Origin: Mytilus edulis
Lineage: Eukaryota
Length of the DNA stretch: 64,000 nucleotides
Reading direction: 5' to 3'
Assembly: GCF_963676685.1 (NCBI RefSeq)
Contig: NC_092351.1
Span: 84,382,001 to 84,446,000 of the forward strand
The translations under genes and the position numbers were made by a program. The number at the start of each line of letters is the position of its first letter. The stretch's first letter is position 1. Of the stretch, positions 38,905 to 52,699 are shown piece after piece. The notes below the pieces were generated by a model, which had not been told where the DNA came from, searched no databases, and saw only the letters and a list, made by a program, of their open reading frames with translations.

Positions 38905-39884
38905 ACAGCACTGGGTTGATACCTCTGCTGGTGGTCTATCAGTCTCCAATGATATCACCAGTTATTGATACTGACATAATCTGATAATTTATAAAACAAA
39001 TCCTTTAAATTGTCCATTAATGAATTTCGAAATTATTAGAAAGTAAGGTTCATCTCTTTCACGCAAAATTGACCTTGATGGCTTTACCTTTTTTTGGTAC
39101 TTTCTGGTTATATATTTTTTCAACCTTTTTATATTTTATACAAATTTATACCGTGCTGTTTATATCTTTTACAGCACTAGGTCGATACCTCTACTGGTTG
39201 GCTATCAGTCCGAAAGTATCATCAACTCAGTAGTCAGTATTTTGAAACAGACATGAATAAAAAACAAACAGTATCAAAATTTCGTTACTTACCTTCGAAA
39301 TGATAAGAAATAAGGTTTCATCTACTTCACGTAAAGTTGACTTTTGATAAATTCGGTTTTATTGTGTCATTTGTGGTTAAAAAGTTCTTCAACTGTTAAG
39401 GTTCTTAAAATCCATTGCTTTGGAATATTCAGCTTTGAGCTTATCAGATGAAGGTATAACAAGAACAGCGCTTCGGATGCATTCAATTTATAACGTGTTG
39501 TTTACATTTCTTACAGATCTGGGTCGATACCGTTGACTTTCAGTCCCCAAAGGTATCATAACTCAGTAGTCAGTACTTTGGTACTGACATGATTTATAAC
39601 AAACCTTTTCAGAATTGTCCGTTTATTAATTTCGAAATTATTAGAAACAAGAATGTGTCCTCAGTACACGAATGCCCCACTCGCACTATCATTTTCTATG
39701 TTCAGTGGACCGTGAAATTGGGGTAAAATCTCTAATTTGGCATTAAAATTAGAAAGATCATATCATAGGGAACATGTGTACCAAGTTTGAAGTCGATTGG
39801 ACTTCAACTTCATCAAAAACTACCTCGACCAAAAACTTTAACCTGAAGCGGGACAGACGGACGAACGAACGAACGGACGAACGA

Positions 39885-39915
<31 letters not shown>

Positions 39916-40160
39916 CACAGACCAGAAAACATAATGCCCCTCTACTATCGTAGGTGGGGCATAATAAGGTTTCAGACGCAATATTTACCTTTGATAGATT
40001 TGGGTTGGGTTTTTTTTTTTTGTCATTTGTGGTTGTATAGCACTTCAACTGTTTAGGTTCTTATTAAACATGGTTCTAGAGTATTCGGCTTTGAGCTTGA
40101 AGGTGTAACAAGAACAGCGCTTCGGATGCATACAATTAATTACGTTGCATTCATTTTATA
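38905..40160 (+). mobile_element. Decayed tandem array (about 3 units) of a sister retrozyme family, interrupted by a MITE
   Basis: Unit starts near 38906, 39171 and 39513 resemble ctgggtcgat.cctctgctggtgg..cagtagtcagtact.tggtactgacatg of the 350-bp unit. Hammerhead-like remnants (cagatgaagg..gaacagcgcttcggatgc) at 39437-39480 and 40093-40130. Confidence 0.65.
39646..39964 (+). mobile_element. Helentron/DINE-1-like (Pearl/CvA-type) element, apparently complete
   Basis: aacaagaatgtgtcc..atgccccac 5' block, (ACGA/ACGG)n core, 3' hairpin atgcccc..ggggcat. Host sequence attagaa|taaggttt resumes after it. Confidence 0.78.
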
Positions 40161-41016
40161 TAGATAGTGCATTGCTTTTAGTATTCCCGTGACAAACATT
40201 TGCTTCATCTTGATATAGATATGAACTTTTGTTTTGAAAAACATAAATGAACAAGAATTACTTGAAAACAATGTAATGTATTGGGCTGATTGTAAACCCT
40301 TCTATGATTAAATTCATAAATTTTGCTCAGTTTAGAACAACCCTAGGCCGAATTAGTTTTATATTTAGAAGTGTTTTAAGTTACAGAATAAAAAAAATAC
40401 TTGTTACATTTAGAAAACATTTTAATTTAGTTTACCTAATGATGGAATTATTTAAGCAATAATGAAAAAACATTGTATACTAGTATTATGAATTAATTTC
40501 AGCAGATGATAATGATAATTTTGCATATACGCATTGGATAATTTTAAAATTTCTGGTGAAAAGTTGTGGTCAATTTAAGCTATAAATAATTGATAACAGC
40601 ATATAATGATTTTAAATTGTATGACCATGATTTCGTATCAAAGTTTTCATTAATAGTAATAAAATGATGCGTTTCTCGATATTGTTCTGTTTTCTTTTAT
40701 ACCACTACTTTGTAGTGAACAATAAAGCTCTTTAAGTTGATAAATAAAAAAAAAAAATCACAAAAATACTGAACTCAGAGGAAAATCCAATCGGAAAGTC
40801 CATAATCACATGGCAAAATCAAATAACAAAACACATCAAAAACGACTGCACAAGAACTGTCATATTTCTGACTTGGTACAGGCATTTTCAAATGTAGAAA
40901 ATGGTGGATTAAACCTGGTTTTAAAGCGCTAAATCGCTCACTTTGATGACAGTCTAGCACATAAAAATAATATAAGTCATTCAGATCTATACATTTCCAT
41001 ATGATCCGTTTAAATA

Positions 41017-43238
41017 TCAAACATTTCGCAAATACAAGTATGTTTCTGGTATATGTTTCATAACCATCAAACAGAGATGGTACGCGGCGGCATTGTAAGC
41101 ACTGTTTTTCATTTGAAGAGATAACCTGAAGGTTGCAAAAGCCTTTTCTTCATCTCCTACCTCGCTAAAACAATACCCGAGAAGATTGAGCGCACGATGA
41201 CCATCGTTTTCGTTTTTCACTATTTTTGTTATTTGCTCCAACTGCCCTAGTGCTTTAAACTTGTTTTTCTTGTCATTCAGTCGCTGATGTAGTTGAAAAG
41301 CCAGGAAATAGTAATAGACCGCTGGGTGATATAAGAAATAAAAACTTGCTTTATCGTAGTCGTTAAGTTCACATTCAAATTTTACAGCTTCTGGCACACA
41401 CCGGACATCATGACCTGTTAAAATTACATCGTAGCACACGGAACCAGGAATGTTTTCATCGCAGATATCGGGAACGTCATTGGTAATTGATATTTCTCCG
41501 TCGGAAATTTTTACATTTTTGCTAGAACAACAAAACCCTTCATACTTCAGAATCAAAGATTTTTCGAAAATTTTCGCTATTCCTTCTGACATTTCGGTCA
41601 AATCGTTTTGAACTAATAAAAACATCGCCTGGTAAAGACGTCCCGATAATTGATCCAAAGAGCATCCTAAATCGAAAGAAGAGCTTGCTGCATTAAGTCT
41701 AATGTGCTTTTCTTCTAGATTGGAAGAGTCGATGAATTCTGACTTGAATATTCCTCCTTCAAAGTATAATGGACTAGGGTCCATTATGTTGATATAATCC
41801 AAATGGTACAAAATTCCTAGTCTGATGATTGAAAATATCTTCAAAGCGACTATGATTTCTACATTCAATTTACTTACTGACTGGTCAAAAATATCGAGTA
41901 ACTCTGTTAATTTTGACCCTTCTACATATCCTCTAACCATAGAAATCATTATTCCAAATGCAGCTCCATACTTACTGAATTTTTTTTTATTTCTAATACA
42001 TTCATCAGATCCCTGCGATAATTCTATCAGAACTTCCGATAACTTCGTCAGACTTGGAGGGTTTCCTTCTGAAACGATTACACTTTTTTCAAACTTTCGT
42101 AGCTTCACATCCTCTAAGGGCAATCTACAGTGTTGCAAAACAGAAATTATGTCGGATAAAATACAATCAATCATATTCACAATACTTTCTCGTAGATCTG
42201 AATTTTCGAATTTGTGATAAAACAAGTTATGATTACTTATAATGAAATGCTTAAGAGTCCTCCGAGAAATGCATTCTTTTAACATTTGAAGACAACGCTT
42301 AAGCACGCGTATTAAATTTGATTCCTGCAACTTTATCAAACCCTCTTCTGAAACCCAGAAAATAATAGTCTTTAAATGGTAAGTGCTAAGTATGTCCTTT
42401 GTCACAGGTTCTAAGAAGGCTTTAAATATGGTCTTAAGTAGAACAAAAGTGTACAGCTGAGATTCATTAAAACTCCAAACGAGTTCCCGTTCAACATAGC
42501 TAAAAGAAAGTCTCCATTGCAGCTGACATTCATCAGAGGTTGGATCTCCTACTGGAACGACATGAACTGGTAAATCGCGTGCTTTATCTATGAGATGTTT
42601 AGGTGGCCATATGCTATTCCTTTCTCGGCTTGTCCATGCAAGAGCCACCATTGGCCATTTTGAACATTGTATACCCTCCGTGGTGTCCAAATCAGTACTT
42701 CGACAACTAATGTCAAAATTTACTGAAGATGAGGAGCAAGGGCCATGTTCATGAAATCCGGACATCGATGCATAGGATGATAACCAATTTCCACTTTCTG
42801 GGATGATTTTCAAGTTACGGTATTTCTCACTACTAAGAAAATACACACCATCCTTTTCTATTAGGAATTCCCTGACTTCTTTATTTACAGTGGATTCATG
42901 GAGACAATTGAAAAAAGCAAGTTTCACGAAACAGCTTTGATTTTGCTTTGTGTTTAATAGAAATGTACACTTTTCTGAGTTTATTTCCTCTTTTTCATCC
43001 AGAATCACAATCATGTTTTGATCAATAAACATACGGTCTACGTCGCTACCAGGTAAATAAGACCCTTCCACAGTACTTCCTGTCGATAAAACATCAGTAT
43101 CATGCAGATGATGCATTAACATTTCATATAAAGGTGCTCTTGCTTTATCAATTTCCATTCTTGTGAAAATTCCCTCAGACTTAAGTAAAAGTGATACAAT
43201 TTCAGAAATCTTTGCAAAATATTCTTCCTCGTAATTGT
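41017..43238 (-). CDS. cGAS-like receptor (cGLR; Mab-21 nucleotidyltransferase plus C-terminal TPR), main coding exon
   Basis: Catalytic motif STGSTVEGSYLPGSDVDRM, third acidic residue in DLDTT, Mab-21 motifs WPPKHLI..VHVVPVG..QWRLSFSYVERELV, STYHLKTIIFW, LKHFIISNHNLF; TPR ALNLLGYCFSEVGDEEKAFATFRLSL. The frame stays open upstream of ATG 43158 to a phase-1 acceptor ctttacttgcag| at 43238. Confidence 0.92.
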
Positions 43239-44544
43239 CTGCAAGTAAAGTAAATTGATGATTAAAAAAGGAAGGTGTAGAAAATCAAGAGAATTCAAAG
43301 GGAAACCAAGTGTTTTGACGGCAGTAGAATCTATCACCTTTTATCAGCACTGCGTATAAAATTGGTATCACAGCTCAAAATTTAATAAACATGATGGTGA
43401 AAACCTTTGTATTGCAACGACATATTATGAGTCATATAATATTAAAACAACCGTTTTGAATGACAAATGGGACAAATGTTCTATTATAATGTTGTATCTG
43501 ATGTTGAGATTAAAACCGAGTTATAGCGTGTATGCAAGTATTAGATTGACAATGAAAGGCCGTCTTTCCCCTGGGATAGACGCAGTGTGGTGTTGGTGTA
43601 TCCAAAATGTGTTGATTACAAGTAGTGGATACAGTCAATGTTGGCTTTAATTTGTACGAGTTACGTTAATATCAAATTAGATATTAAGAACTTGAATTTC
43701 ATTATAATTATTTCAGGAAGAATTATCTATTGAATTAAAATTATAATTGTAATAATATGTAATAATATAAATATCAAATGTATTGTCTAAAAACAGCCAT
43801 TGTTTAGTTGTTAAAAATGTTCAAATAACTTTATTTACCCAAATTGTGACTAACAACAATAATAATACACATCATTCACTTGAACTTGGTTGTCTTCCAG
43901 AATTGGATGGATCCATCCCGAAATTTTGGCATCAATCAATTAATAATTGCTTAATTAATTTTTGTTTGCCTTACATTTAGTAGCAAATATCTCATGAATA
44001 TATAGTATGATACCTTTTCACAATTTATTCAATAATTTGATCCTTTATCAGAATGTTGGTCAGGATTAAGATTAAGGATGGGAAATTTGAAATGCCACTA
44101 GAAAATTACGATTTATTGGATAGGGATAGAAATTTAGCATTGCAATTGGCCATCTTTCTCAACGTTGCACGGATTCTTCTCTTTATGGAGCGTAGCACTC
44201 TCTATACACAGTAGGCATATAATTTAACATCTCCATTCTGGCTGCGAATTCATACATGAAATACAAACAACCAGCGACCAACTGTGGCAATAGCTTTATT
44301 GTCAGTCGGAAAAAAACCAAAAGATGAACATTTGCATATACCCAGGTAAACCTGTGGATTAGTAAATTCATAGAACCATTTGCAGAATTATTTAAGAGTA
44401 TGTGCGGTACATCTTACTAGTATATAGTATGATATTTAAGTTTTGAATAAAGTTATCATTCGTTGCTGAACATTTTAATCCATTTTCCCAATTATGTCGC
44501 TATTGTTGCACTTATTTATATTGCAAAGACGTCCTGTAGACTAT

Positions 44545-44928
44545 TCCAGTACTCAAGTTTGTAAGAAGTTCGCGGAACTCAGTGTCTCGCCTATTTTATG
44601 ATTATAATAAATGTTTATGAACCTGAACTGCAGATTGTAATTTCAACTGAAAGAAAAACGAAGCCTATATATATAAGTAACAAACGGACAAAAGGATTTT
44701 TTTTATAAAATGTCCCTCTAAATGCTAGCTTTTGATCATAAACAAGCTTCTGTCCATGTTTGGTAGAAATCCAGGATATGTCAAGAAAGGTATTTAAACT
44801 TGTTTTTTTTTTAAATTAACCATGCAGAGTGAATATTTGTGGACGCCGCCGCCGACGCCGACGACGACGACGGAATGTAGGATCGCTATGTCTATCTTTA
44901 TCGACAAAAGCCGAAGTCCCGACAAAAA
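44545..44928 (+). mobile_element. Helentron-like non-autonomous element in the cGLR intron
   Basis: (GCC/GAC)n microsatellite followed by aatgtaggatcgctatgtct..cgacaaaag, also present at about 33503-33555. Confidence 0.5.
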
Positions 44929-45597
44929 TCAGACGAATTATCTATTTCTCTTTGATTTTTCCTTTTTGATTGAATATGTTTATTAGTTTTTGTTTTAGTT
45001 TTTTGTAATGGGTAGACACACAATTGAATTTGACTTTAAGCAAAAGGAAACTTTTTGGGTTAACAAGCTTGAAAAGATATTTTCAAACTTTATATTGAAT
45101 TTATTTCATGTCCTTAATTTCCAACGGAAAAACATATTTTAAATAAGGATCAACTTTAAAATGATCGAATAGTGTTCATTGAATGAAACTAATAGCAAAC
45201 AGGTTGATAATACGTGACGTTTGGTGTGAATTACCACGACCTACTAATTTCATTGTTTGGTGTTCTTTATAATCGGTTGAAATCATACAGGTAACTTGAC
45301 AGATATTTAATGTTTATGAATTCTTAGTCACGCTTTACATAATCTGAATAGTATAAATAGATAAATATTTTTTATAAATATCTTTTAACATGTAGTGACC
45401 AAATGAAGATGATGATCAACAACTACTTTCATTTGTCTCTTATACAAAGATTAAGGACGGTCCTCTATTTTATTCTTGCATGTATCAGCGGTTTTAAATA
45501 TATGATACTCATTACGTAAGATTTAACATCTTTAAGAAGTATACATGCCAAATTATATCTAACTTTCACACACATTAGTTTACTAAAAGTATCTTAC

Positions 45598-45622
45598 CGC
45601 TCATGTCCATGTCAGGTTCCAT
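45598..45622 (-). CDS. Probable first coding mini-exon of the cGLR gene (MEPDMDMS-)
   Basis: aaacATGG Kozak context, 25 coding nt, donor G|gtaagat. Phase 1 matches the acceptor at 43238 and gives MEPDMDMSDNYEEEYFAK.., 748 aa in total. Confidence 0.68.
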
Positions 45623-48600
45623 GTTTTCGTTTGAATAAATAATCTCTACTTTAAATCTGCGGCTTTCATAAATACAAGTTGTACGTTGAATATGAATATC
45701 CTGGATGTGTAATTTAAAGTGTCAGATTACCAATTCATTTACCTTTAATTTAGAACGAAAGTAAAAGTAGCCTTACAAAATAGTGCTCTTGATGTCATTG
45801 TTTACTTAAACTAACCAACAAATTTGCAGAAATTATACTTTTGACGAAAGAGAAATATATTTAGATCGTATTAAGTCAAAATTTACTTGTCTATGAGTTT
45901 GCATTTAAAGTTGAGGAATAATGCGATCCAATTTTTCTAATTTTAGATTTTCAGAAAACCAGGGGTAACTCAGTAGTGCTTGTATTTCGAAAAGCAATCC
46001 TTTCTTAGGAGTCTCTAAACATGTTTTGATAATTGGCATGTAGGAAGGTGATATATGTTATATTCAGGTAAAATATAAGGAAAACTGTGTAAATTGCAAA
46101 ATTTGGTTAAATAGGTAGAGATTTTGAACTGGTAGTCTGAAACTTCACCTATTTTTTTTTTTAAATTGGTGAACCATTATTTTGGCTTTTTATAGCATGC
46201 TGTTCTGTATGAGCAAAAACTCAGTGTTGAAACCATACTTTGACCTATACTGGCTGAATTTTACTATTTGTGACTAGGAACAGTCATGCCACATCTTCCT
46301 TTATCTATATAGAAAGACAACCACTTAAAGACAGGTTACCTATTTCAAAAGCAATTCTATATAGGATTTAAACAATCAGAAAACAGTCTATATTTCAAAT
46401 AAAACTCAGAACAATTGAAGGCTGTCCACATTTTATTTCAAAATAACTGATGAGAAGCTACTTTTGGTTTACTCAAATTTACTATTGGCGTTCAATTATA
46501 GGTTTCCTCATAATTATTCAAAAACATATAGTTTTTTTTATTCCTTTGACTTAAATAGGGGAGATGATTTGCTTCTTCTGGTTAAGAAACTGTGACTTTC
46601 AGACTCATATGATAGCTTTCTTTGCCCTGATTCTTCATATATGTATGGTATTTAATATTATTTTATCTTAATTTTGGGAGATACTTTGTTACTCCCGTTA
46701 AAATAATGTCATTTTCAATTTCTTTAGATAGCTTATTTTCCACTGATTCCGAAAATTATGGTTTTTAAATACTTTCATTCAAATAAAAGAGAAAATAAGT
46801 TTCTCTCAGTTTAGATAATTTGACATGAGGCATCATTAAAAAGGGGATAGAATGACAGTTTTACAAAATCATAGTTTATAGGTATTTTTACTTGGAATTT
46901 GTGCAAACAAAGCTACTTCCGTTTAATAATTTATCAAGGAAATGTGTCGACTACCTCTGTGCAAAAGACACTATGGCTTCATCATATACGGAATGAAGTA
47001 AAATTCGACTTACCTGAAATTCAACATTAAAGGGCCAAAAACTCCTATGAATTATTGCTGCAGAATAAATATACTGTCTTTTTTTTAACAACACAAACAT
47101 TTAGCACCCGTTTTTTATATGTAGCTTTTATAGCATAAGATAAGATGCACACACAAGCTTAGAGATAACTTCCTTCAAGCAATTAGTTAATGCTTGAGCC
47201 AGTTGTGAGGTACCTCATGGTCTTGTTGGCAGTAATTTTGTTAAGAAATTCCCATAAGGTCTTTAGTATTATTGTTTATAGACCACACATTGTTTAAACT
47301 AATTGCTCATAGTTCCAACATATTTATTTATAGTGGATTGGGAAACAACTTATATATTAATTGTATAGATAATCACATATTTGCATCATGGATGTTGCTT
47401 TATCAGTGAAAATACTGATAGTTCACTATCTAATATCCCTCTGCATATTCTTTTAGTATTTCCTGGCAGTGTAATAATTTGGAAAAAATACCAATGTCAA
47501 TTATTTAATATACAAATCAATAACTTTGTACACCGGACAACCGTTTAATTCACATGTTACTTATAAACATTTGGAATATTTAGTGCCTCACAATCATCAG
47601 TATGTCAACAAATCACTCAACATAAGCATATTTGATTTTTAACTTAAACTTTCCATGTGCATTGTATCTAATATGATAGGCTTTGAAAAACTAAAATTGA
47701 AATGCTCTAAAGGACGTCTTACTGAACGGTTGATCATCACACCAAAAGTTACTGTATTTCATTTGTAGCTGTGTAAATGCAGTGCTTCTCAAGACCTACA
47801 GATTTGCCATCTTGTTTCAAATGCTATATCAAGTATCCTAATTGATTTACTTCAGTTATATAAAATAAACTCCATTAGAAATAAACAGATACACATAAAC
47901 ACTTTAATTATTTCAGAAACATTAATTACTCACTACATGATTCTTCAAATAATAATTTACAGATAGAACAACAATTGGACTGCTTTGAATGAATACAAGC
48001 ATTTTTGATAATAAAGATTTTCATTTTCTCTGTTTTGTCTAGTGAAGAATATAGTTCCAAGGATTTTTCTAGTCTAAGAAATGCCATATTCGAACAGAAA
48101 TGTTAGACTTTTAAAAATGTTGTCATTAAAAATCATTTGTTAATGTCGTTCTGGTGAAAAGGAAAACAAAAATATGTATCTTATCAAGGGTCCAAGAAGT
48201 TGTGTAAGAACTATTCAGTTTCTTTAAACTATTTTTTTTTGTAAAAAAAAACCACACACAAAAGAATTGGAGAAATTTTATGCCATCCTGTCATTTATTT
48301 ATTATCATTGCTAAAATTTGCGGAATATATCCAATTATTCCACTCAGGAATTGCCAGCACGGATCATGTATGCTTTATTCAAACAATGTAAGTATAATCA
48401 ACATTGCTGTGACATAATTTAAGATGTCAAATTGATATTTCAAAAGAAGAAAAACAAATTACGTGCATTCATATTTATAACAACATAATCAATAAATAAC
48501 TAATCATAACAGAAATAGTCATAATCAATCCAATACATTAAAGAAAAAAGTCCCTGTAAATTTACATGCAGGAGGGTCTAATAATTGTAATTTGTATAGA

Positions 48601-50091
48601 AAATTTTAAAACTGATAGAACTTTATACTTTTAAAACACCAGAATCATTGGAATTTACTTCTGTTATGTAAATTCACTTTGCAGATTTTAAAGTTCGTTT
48701 CATGATGAATATTGCCTATTTGTTGTCCTAAATATTGATTTTCCTAAAATATCAATTGTGTAAGCAGAAAAAAATGTCAAAAATCTTTAAAAAAAATTAC
48801 ACTGACAAAAATGTACAACTTAACAGAGTAAACAAGGTATTATTAATCTCAAATCAATGACATATGATACACTGAGGAATGATGAGTAATTCATTTGTAC
48901 ATAATACGGGATTTTCCCCATGTGTTGAAGATCCATTGGTGGCCTGTTTTCTGGTCTTTGGTCGGGTTGTTGTCTCTTGGACACATTACCCATTTCCATT
49001 TTCAATGATATACATAAAAACATTGCCAAAAATATTTATACATCATCGGAAATACATCATCATTTTGTTTGAGGTAATCCAGATTACAAATATATACACG
49101 TACAATGAACATTGAAATACATCACACAAAAGTATATGTTAATAGTTATCAAAGGTATCTAGGCTTATAAAAACTTCTTAGAACAAAACACGCTTTAAAA
49201 TTATAAAAGATAGTAAGTAACAGTTTATCGGATGAGCTTTTGATCACAAATTGATTTCGTAATTAAACATTTAGTTATAAAGGAAAACTTTTCCATTATT
49301 TAAAATTCTTGTATTTATATGTTATGTCATTATTGAAATAACAGATAGTAGACGTTCAACATATCGGATCTTCACACGAGTTTTCATTAACACTCCAGTT
49401 ACGAGATTTAAAATATTTCGATAATAGCGGTCCTGATGATGTATTTGAAAAGCGCTGCGTAATCGCCAAATTATTAAAATTCATTTTCTTTTATTTTTAT
49501 TAAGACGTTTATTTACGAGGTTCACGTGCTTGATTTTTAATTGTACAATTTCTAGTTGATGTACGATATTATTCGATCCGACTATCTATATATAACATTT
49601 TGGGCAGCCTGAATGTGGTATCTCTGTTAACGGTTCTTAAGTTTATGATAATGAATATATGAATCTTTATTTCCTCCATGTATATGAAAATCTTGCATTA
49701 AATTTTTTTTATTACTTTCACAATAAAGAAAATAATATACATTTTGAGATACCAAATACGCAATAAAAAAATCATTTTCAGATAAAAACACAATACACAG
49801 TTATAGGTAAACAAAGCAAGAACAAAAATGTTTTATCAATCAATAGATATAGAAAGATGTGGTATGAGTGCCAATGAGACAACTCTCCATCCAAATAAAA
49901 ATTTATAAAAGAAAACCATTATAGATCAATGTACGGCCTTCAACACGGAGCCTTGGCTCACATGGAACAACAAGCTATAAAGGTCCCCAAAATTACTAGT
50001 GTAAAACCATTCAAGCGGGAAAAGAAACGGTCTAATCTATATAAAAACACGAGAAACGAGAAACACGTCCATTAAAATTAAACCTGTTTTC

Positions 50092-51058
50092 AAACAAGAG
50101 TACACACGCTGAAATGTCTCGCCTTCTTTACTAATCATTGATATTATGTTAATAGTTCTAAATGTAAAACTTTAATACAACGTCACATAAACTTAACATT
50201 AACCAAGAAAAGTAAAAATTGACCAATGAATCATGAAAATGAGGTTAAGGTAAGATGAACCATCCCAGACAGACTTGTTCATCTATGAATTCTTCCATAC
50301 AACAAATATAGTTGACCTATTGCTTATAGTTTAAGAAAAACAGACCAAAAGACAAAAACTTAACACTTAGCGATAAACTATGAAAATGAGGTCAAGGTCA
50401 AATCAAACTTGCGCGACTGGCATATAGATCAAAAAATATTTTCAATACACTAAATATAGTTGACCTATTGCAAAAGTATTAGAAAAAAAAATCAAAATTC
50501 AAAAAACTTACACCAAATATAGTAGACCTATTGCATACAGTATAAGAAAAACAGACAAAAACACAAAAAGTTGACTATAACCACTGAACCATGAAAATGA
50601 GGATAAGGTCATATGACACCTGCAAGTTGGACATGTACACCTTACAGTTATTCCGTACACCGAATATACTAGACCTAATGCTTATAGTATCTGAGATATG
50701 GACTTGACCACCAAAACTTAACCTTGTTCTCTGATACATGAAATGAGGTCGCGGTCAAGTGAAACTGTCTGACGAGCATGAGGACCTTGCAAGGTACGCA
50801 CATACCAAATATAGTTATCCCATTACTTATAATAAAAGAGAATTTAGCATTACTAAAAATCATAACTTTTTCAAGTAATCAATGAACCATGAAAATGAGG
50901 TCAAGGACATTGGACATGTGACAGACGAAAACTTCGTAACATGAGGCATTAATATACAAAGTATAAAGCATCCAGGTCTTCTATCTTCTAAAATATAAAT
51001 CTTTTAAGAAGTTAGCTAACGCCGCCGCCGCCGGATCACAATCCCTTTGTCGAGCTAA
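50092..51058 (+). mobile_element. Helentron-like element with internal satellite-like repeats
   Basis: aaacaagag.. start, repeated atgaaaatgaggt.aagg and atatagttgacctattgc units, (GCC)n near the 3' end. Confidence 0.6.
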
Positions 51059-51074
51059 GTCGCAGTCTTGACAA

Positions 51075-51420
51075 TAATACATGTTGAACAATATTTTATG
51101 AGTTGAACCAGATTTACACTTGCATAAACGCCCAAAGAATAAAAGCTTGAATTTATCAATAACATTTTCTAATGACCAGACATCAAGGTTACTTGTAGTT
51201 GAACGAATATGTGTCCATGTACTGTATATATCGGGCAACATATAACTGTGTTCTTTCTAAAAGTTCTGTTTCAGAATTCCATAGTTGACCCTATATCCCG
51301 CAAAAGTACAATGCTGCAGAAACAACAAAACGTTTCCATATTAACGTGTTTGTGATCGGTGTAAGGCCTTTCAGACTTACTCCAGCACTATACAATGAGG
51401 TGAGTGTAGATTTTTCTCTA
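51075..51420 (-). mobile_element. LINE remnant (post-RT region)
   Basis: Translates to LKGLTPITNTLIWKRFVVSAALYFCGI*..ETELLER and IDKFKLLFFGRLC, which resembles the thumb/C-terminal part of CR1/L2-group RTs. Confidence 0.45.
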
Positions 51421-52699
51421 ACTTCGTTGTCGCATTGTTTATAATATGTTGTAATTTTTTGTTATCTATGTACGTGCAATATTAAAATGCATTTTCTAAA
51501 GCTTTTTTCACAAATTTAATTACTAGGATGCCTGTTCTTGATCTTTAGTTTTACATTTCTTAGATGTTGTTATTCGATTGTATTATCTACATATAACATT
51601 TTAGTTAACCTGTAGGTGGTATGTTTGGTGACGGTTCTTGAGTTCTCTATGAGTTCTAAAATCAAAAAAAAAATATCCTAAATATACCAATATCATTTTA
51701 TAATTTAATTTGATGTAAAAAGTAAAATCACAAAAACACTGAAGAGGAAAATCAATTCGGAAAGTCCCTAATCACATGGCAAAATCAAATAACAAAACGC
51801 ATCAAAAACGACTGGACAAGAAGTGTCATATTCCTGACTTGGTACAGGCATTTTAAAATGTAGAAAATGGTGGATTAAACCTGGTTTTATAGCGCTAACC
51901 CTTTCAGTTTGATGACAGTCTCATCAAATTCCGTTATATTTACATTGATGCGTTAACTAAACAGACAAAATAAATAAAACAGTCAAAATATGGGTACATC
52001 AGCATCATCGTATAACAATTTTAAAAGGAACAATTTAACAGAACACAAAAACATCTATCTACAAACACATTCATTGATTTGTGTGTCTGACGTCAAAATT
52101 TTTTATACGTCACATAGATTTGTCGTTCAATGTGCATACAATCAATTTTATAATTAACATAGGCAATGTTAGCATATAGGGTTAAAAAATCAAAAGTGTG
52201 TAAGAATAAATTTCAGAAATAGTCCGAGATTGAAAATAGTCCAAAAGTTATATATAGAATTTATAAGAATCCACAAATAGTGCGTTATTCAGTGTGCACC
52301 ATTTTTTTTATGTTATTTCTTCATAGACAGGGAAAAGAGTACAGTCATTCCTTCAGTAAATTTTACAATTATGTTTATCATAAAGCATGCTATAGATATA
52401 TTCAGGAAGATGAGTGCTAATGAGACAACTCTCCATCCAAATAACAGTTATTGTATTTTAAGCATGGCCCTCGTTAAATTAGATTTTACTGCAAATTGAG
52501 TTTGCCTAGCGACGCGGAGCTTAAAATGCAATACATTTTTTTTTAATTCTAAAGTCATACATACATACATATAAATATTGTCATAAAAATGCAGAACATA
52601 AAAAGTATGCGAAACTATTCTTTTGTATAATAACAATTTGACGTCATATGCATATTTACGATGTAAAAAAAATCCACACCGTCCGTTCGCTTCTAAATG

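Noticed and set aside
41825-42242. Plus-strand ORFs within the cGLR and other exons
   Set aside because: Antisense shadows of real coding sequence.
49426-49460. ctgatga..gaaaagcgct as a functional hammerhead (similar traces at about 9915 and 37527)
   Set aside because: Helix II and the cleavage site are not formed. At most these are old remnants.
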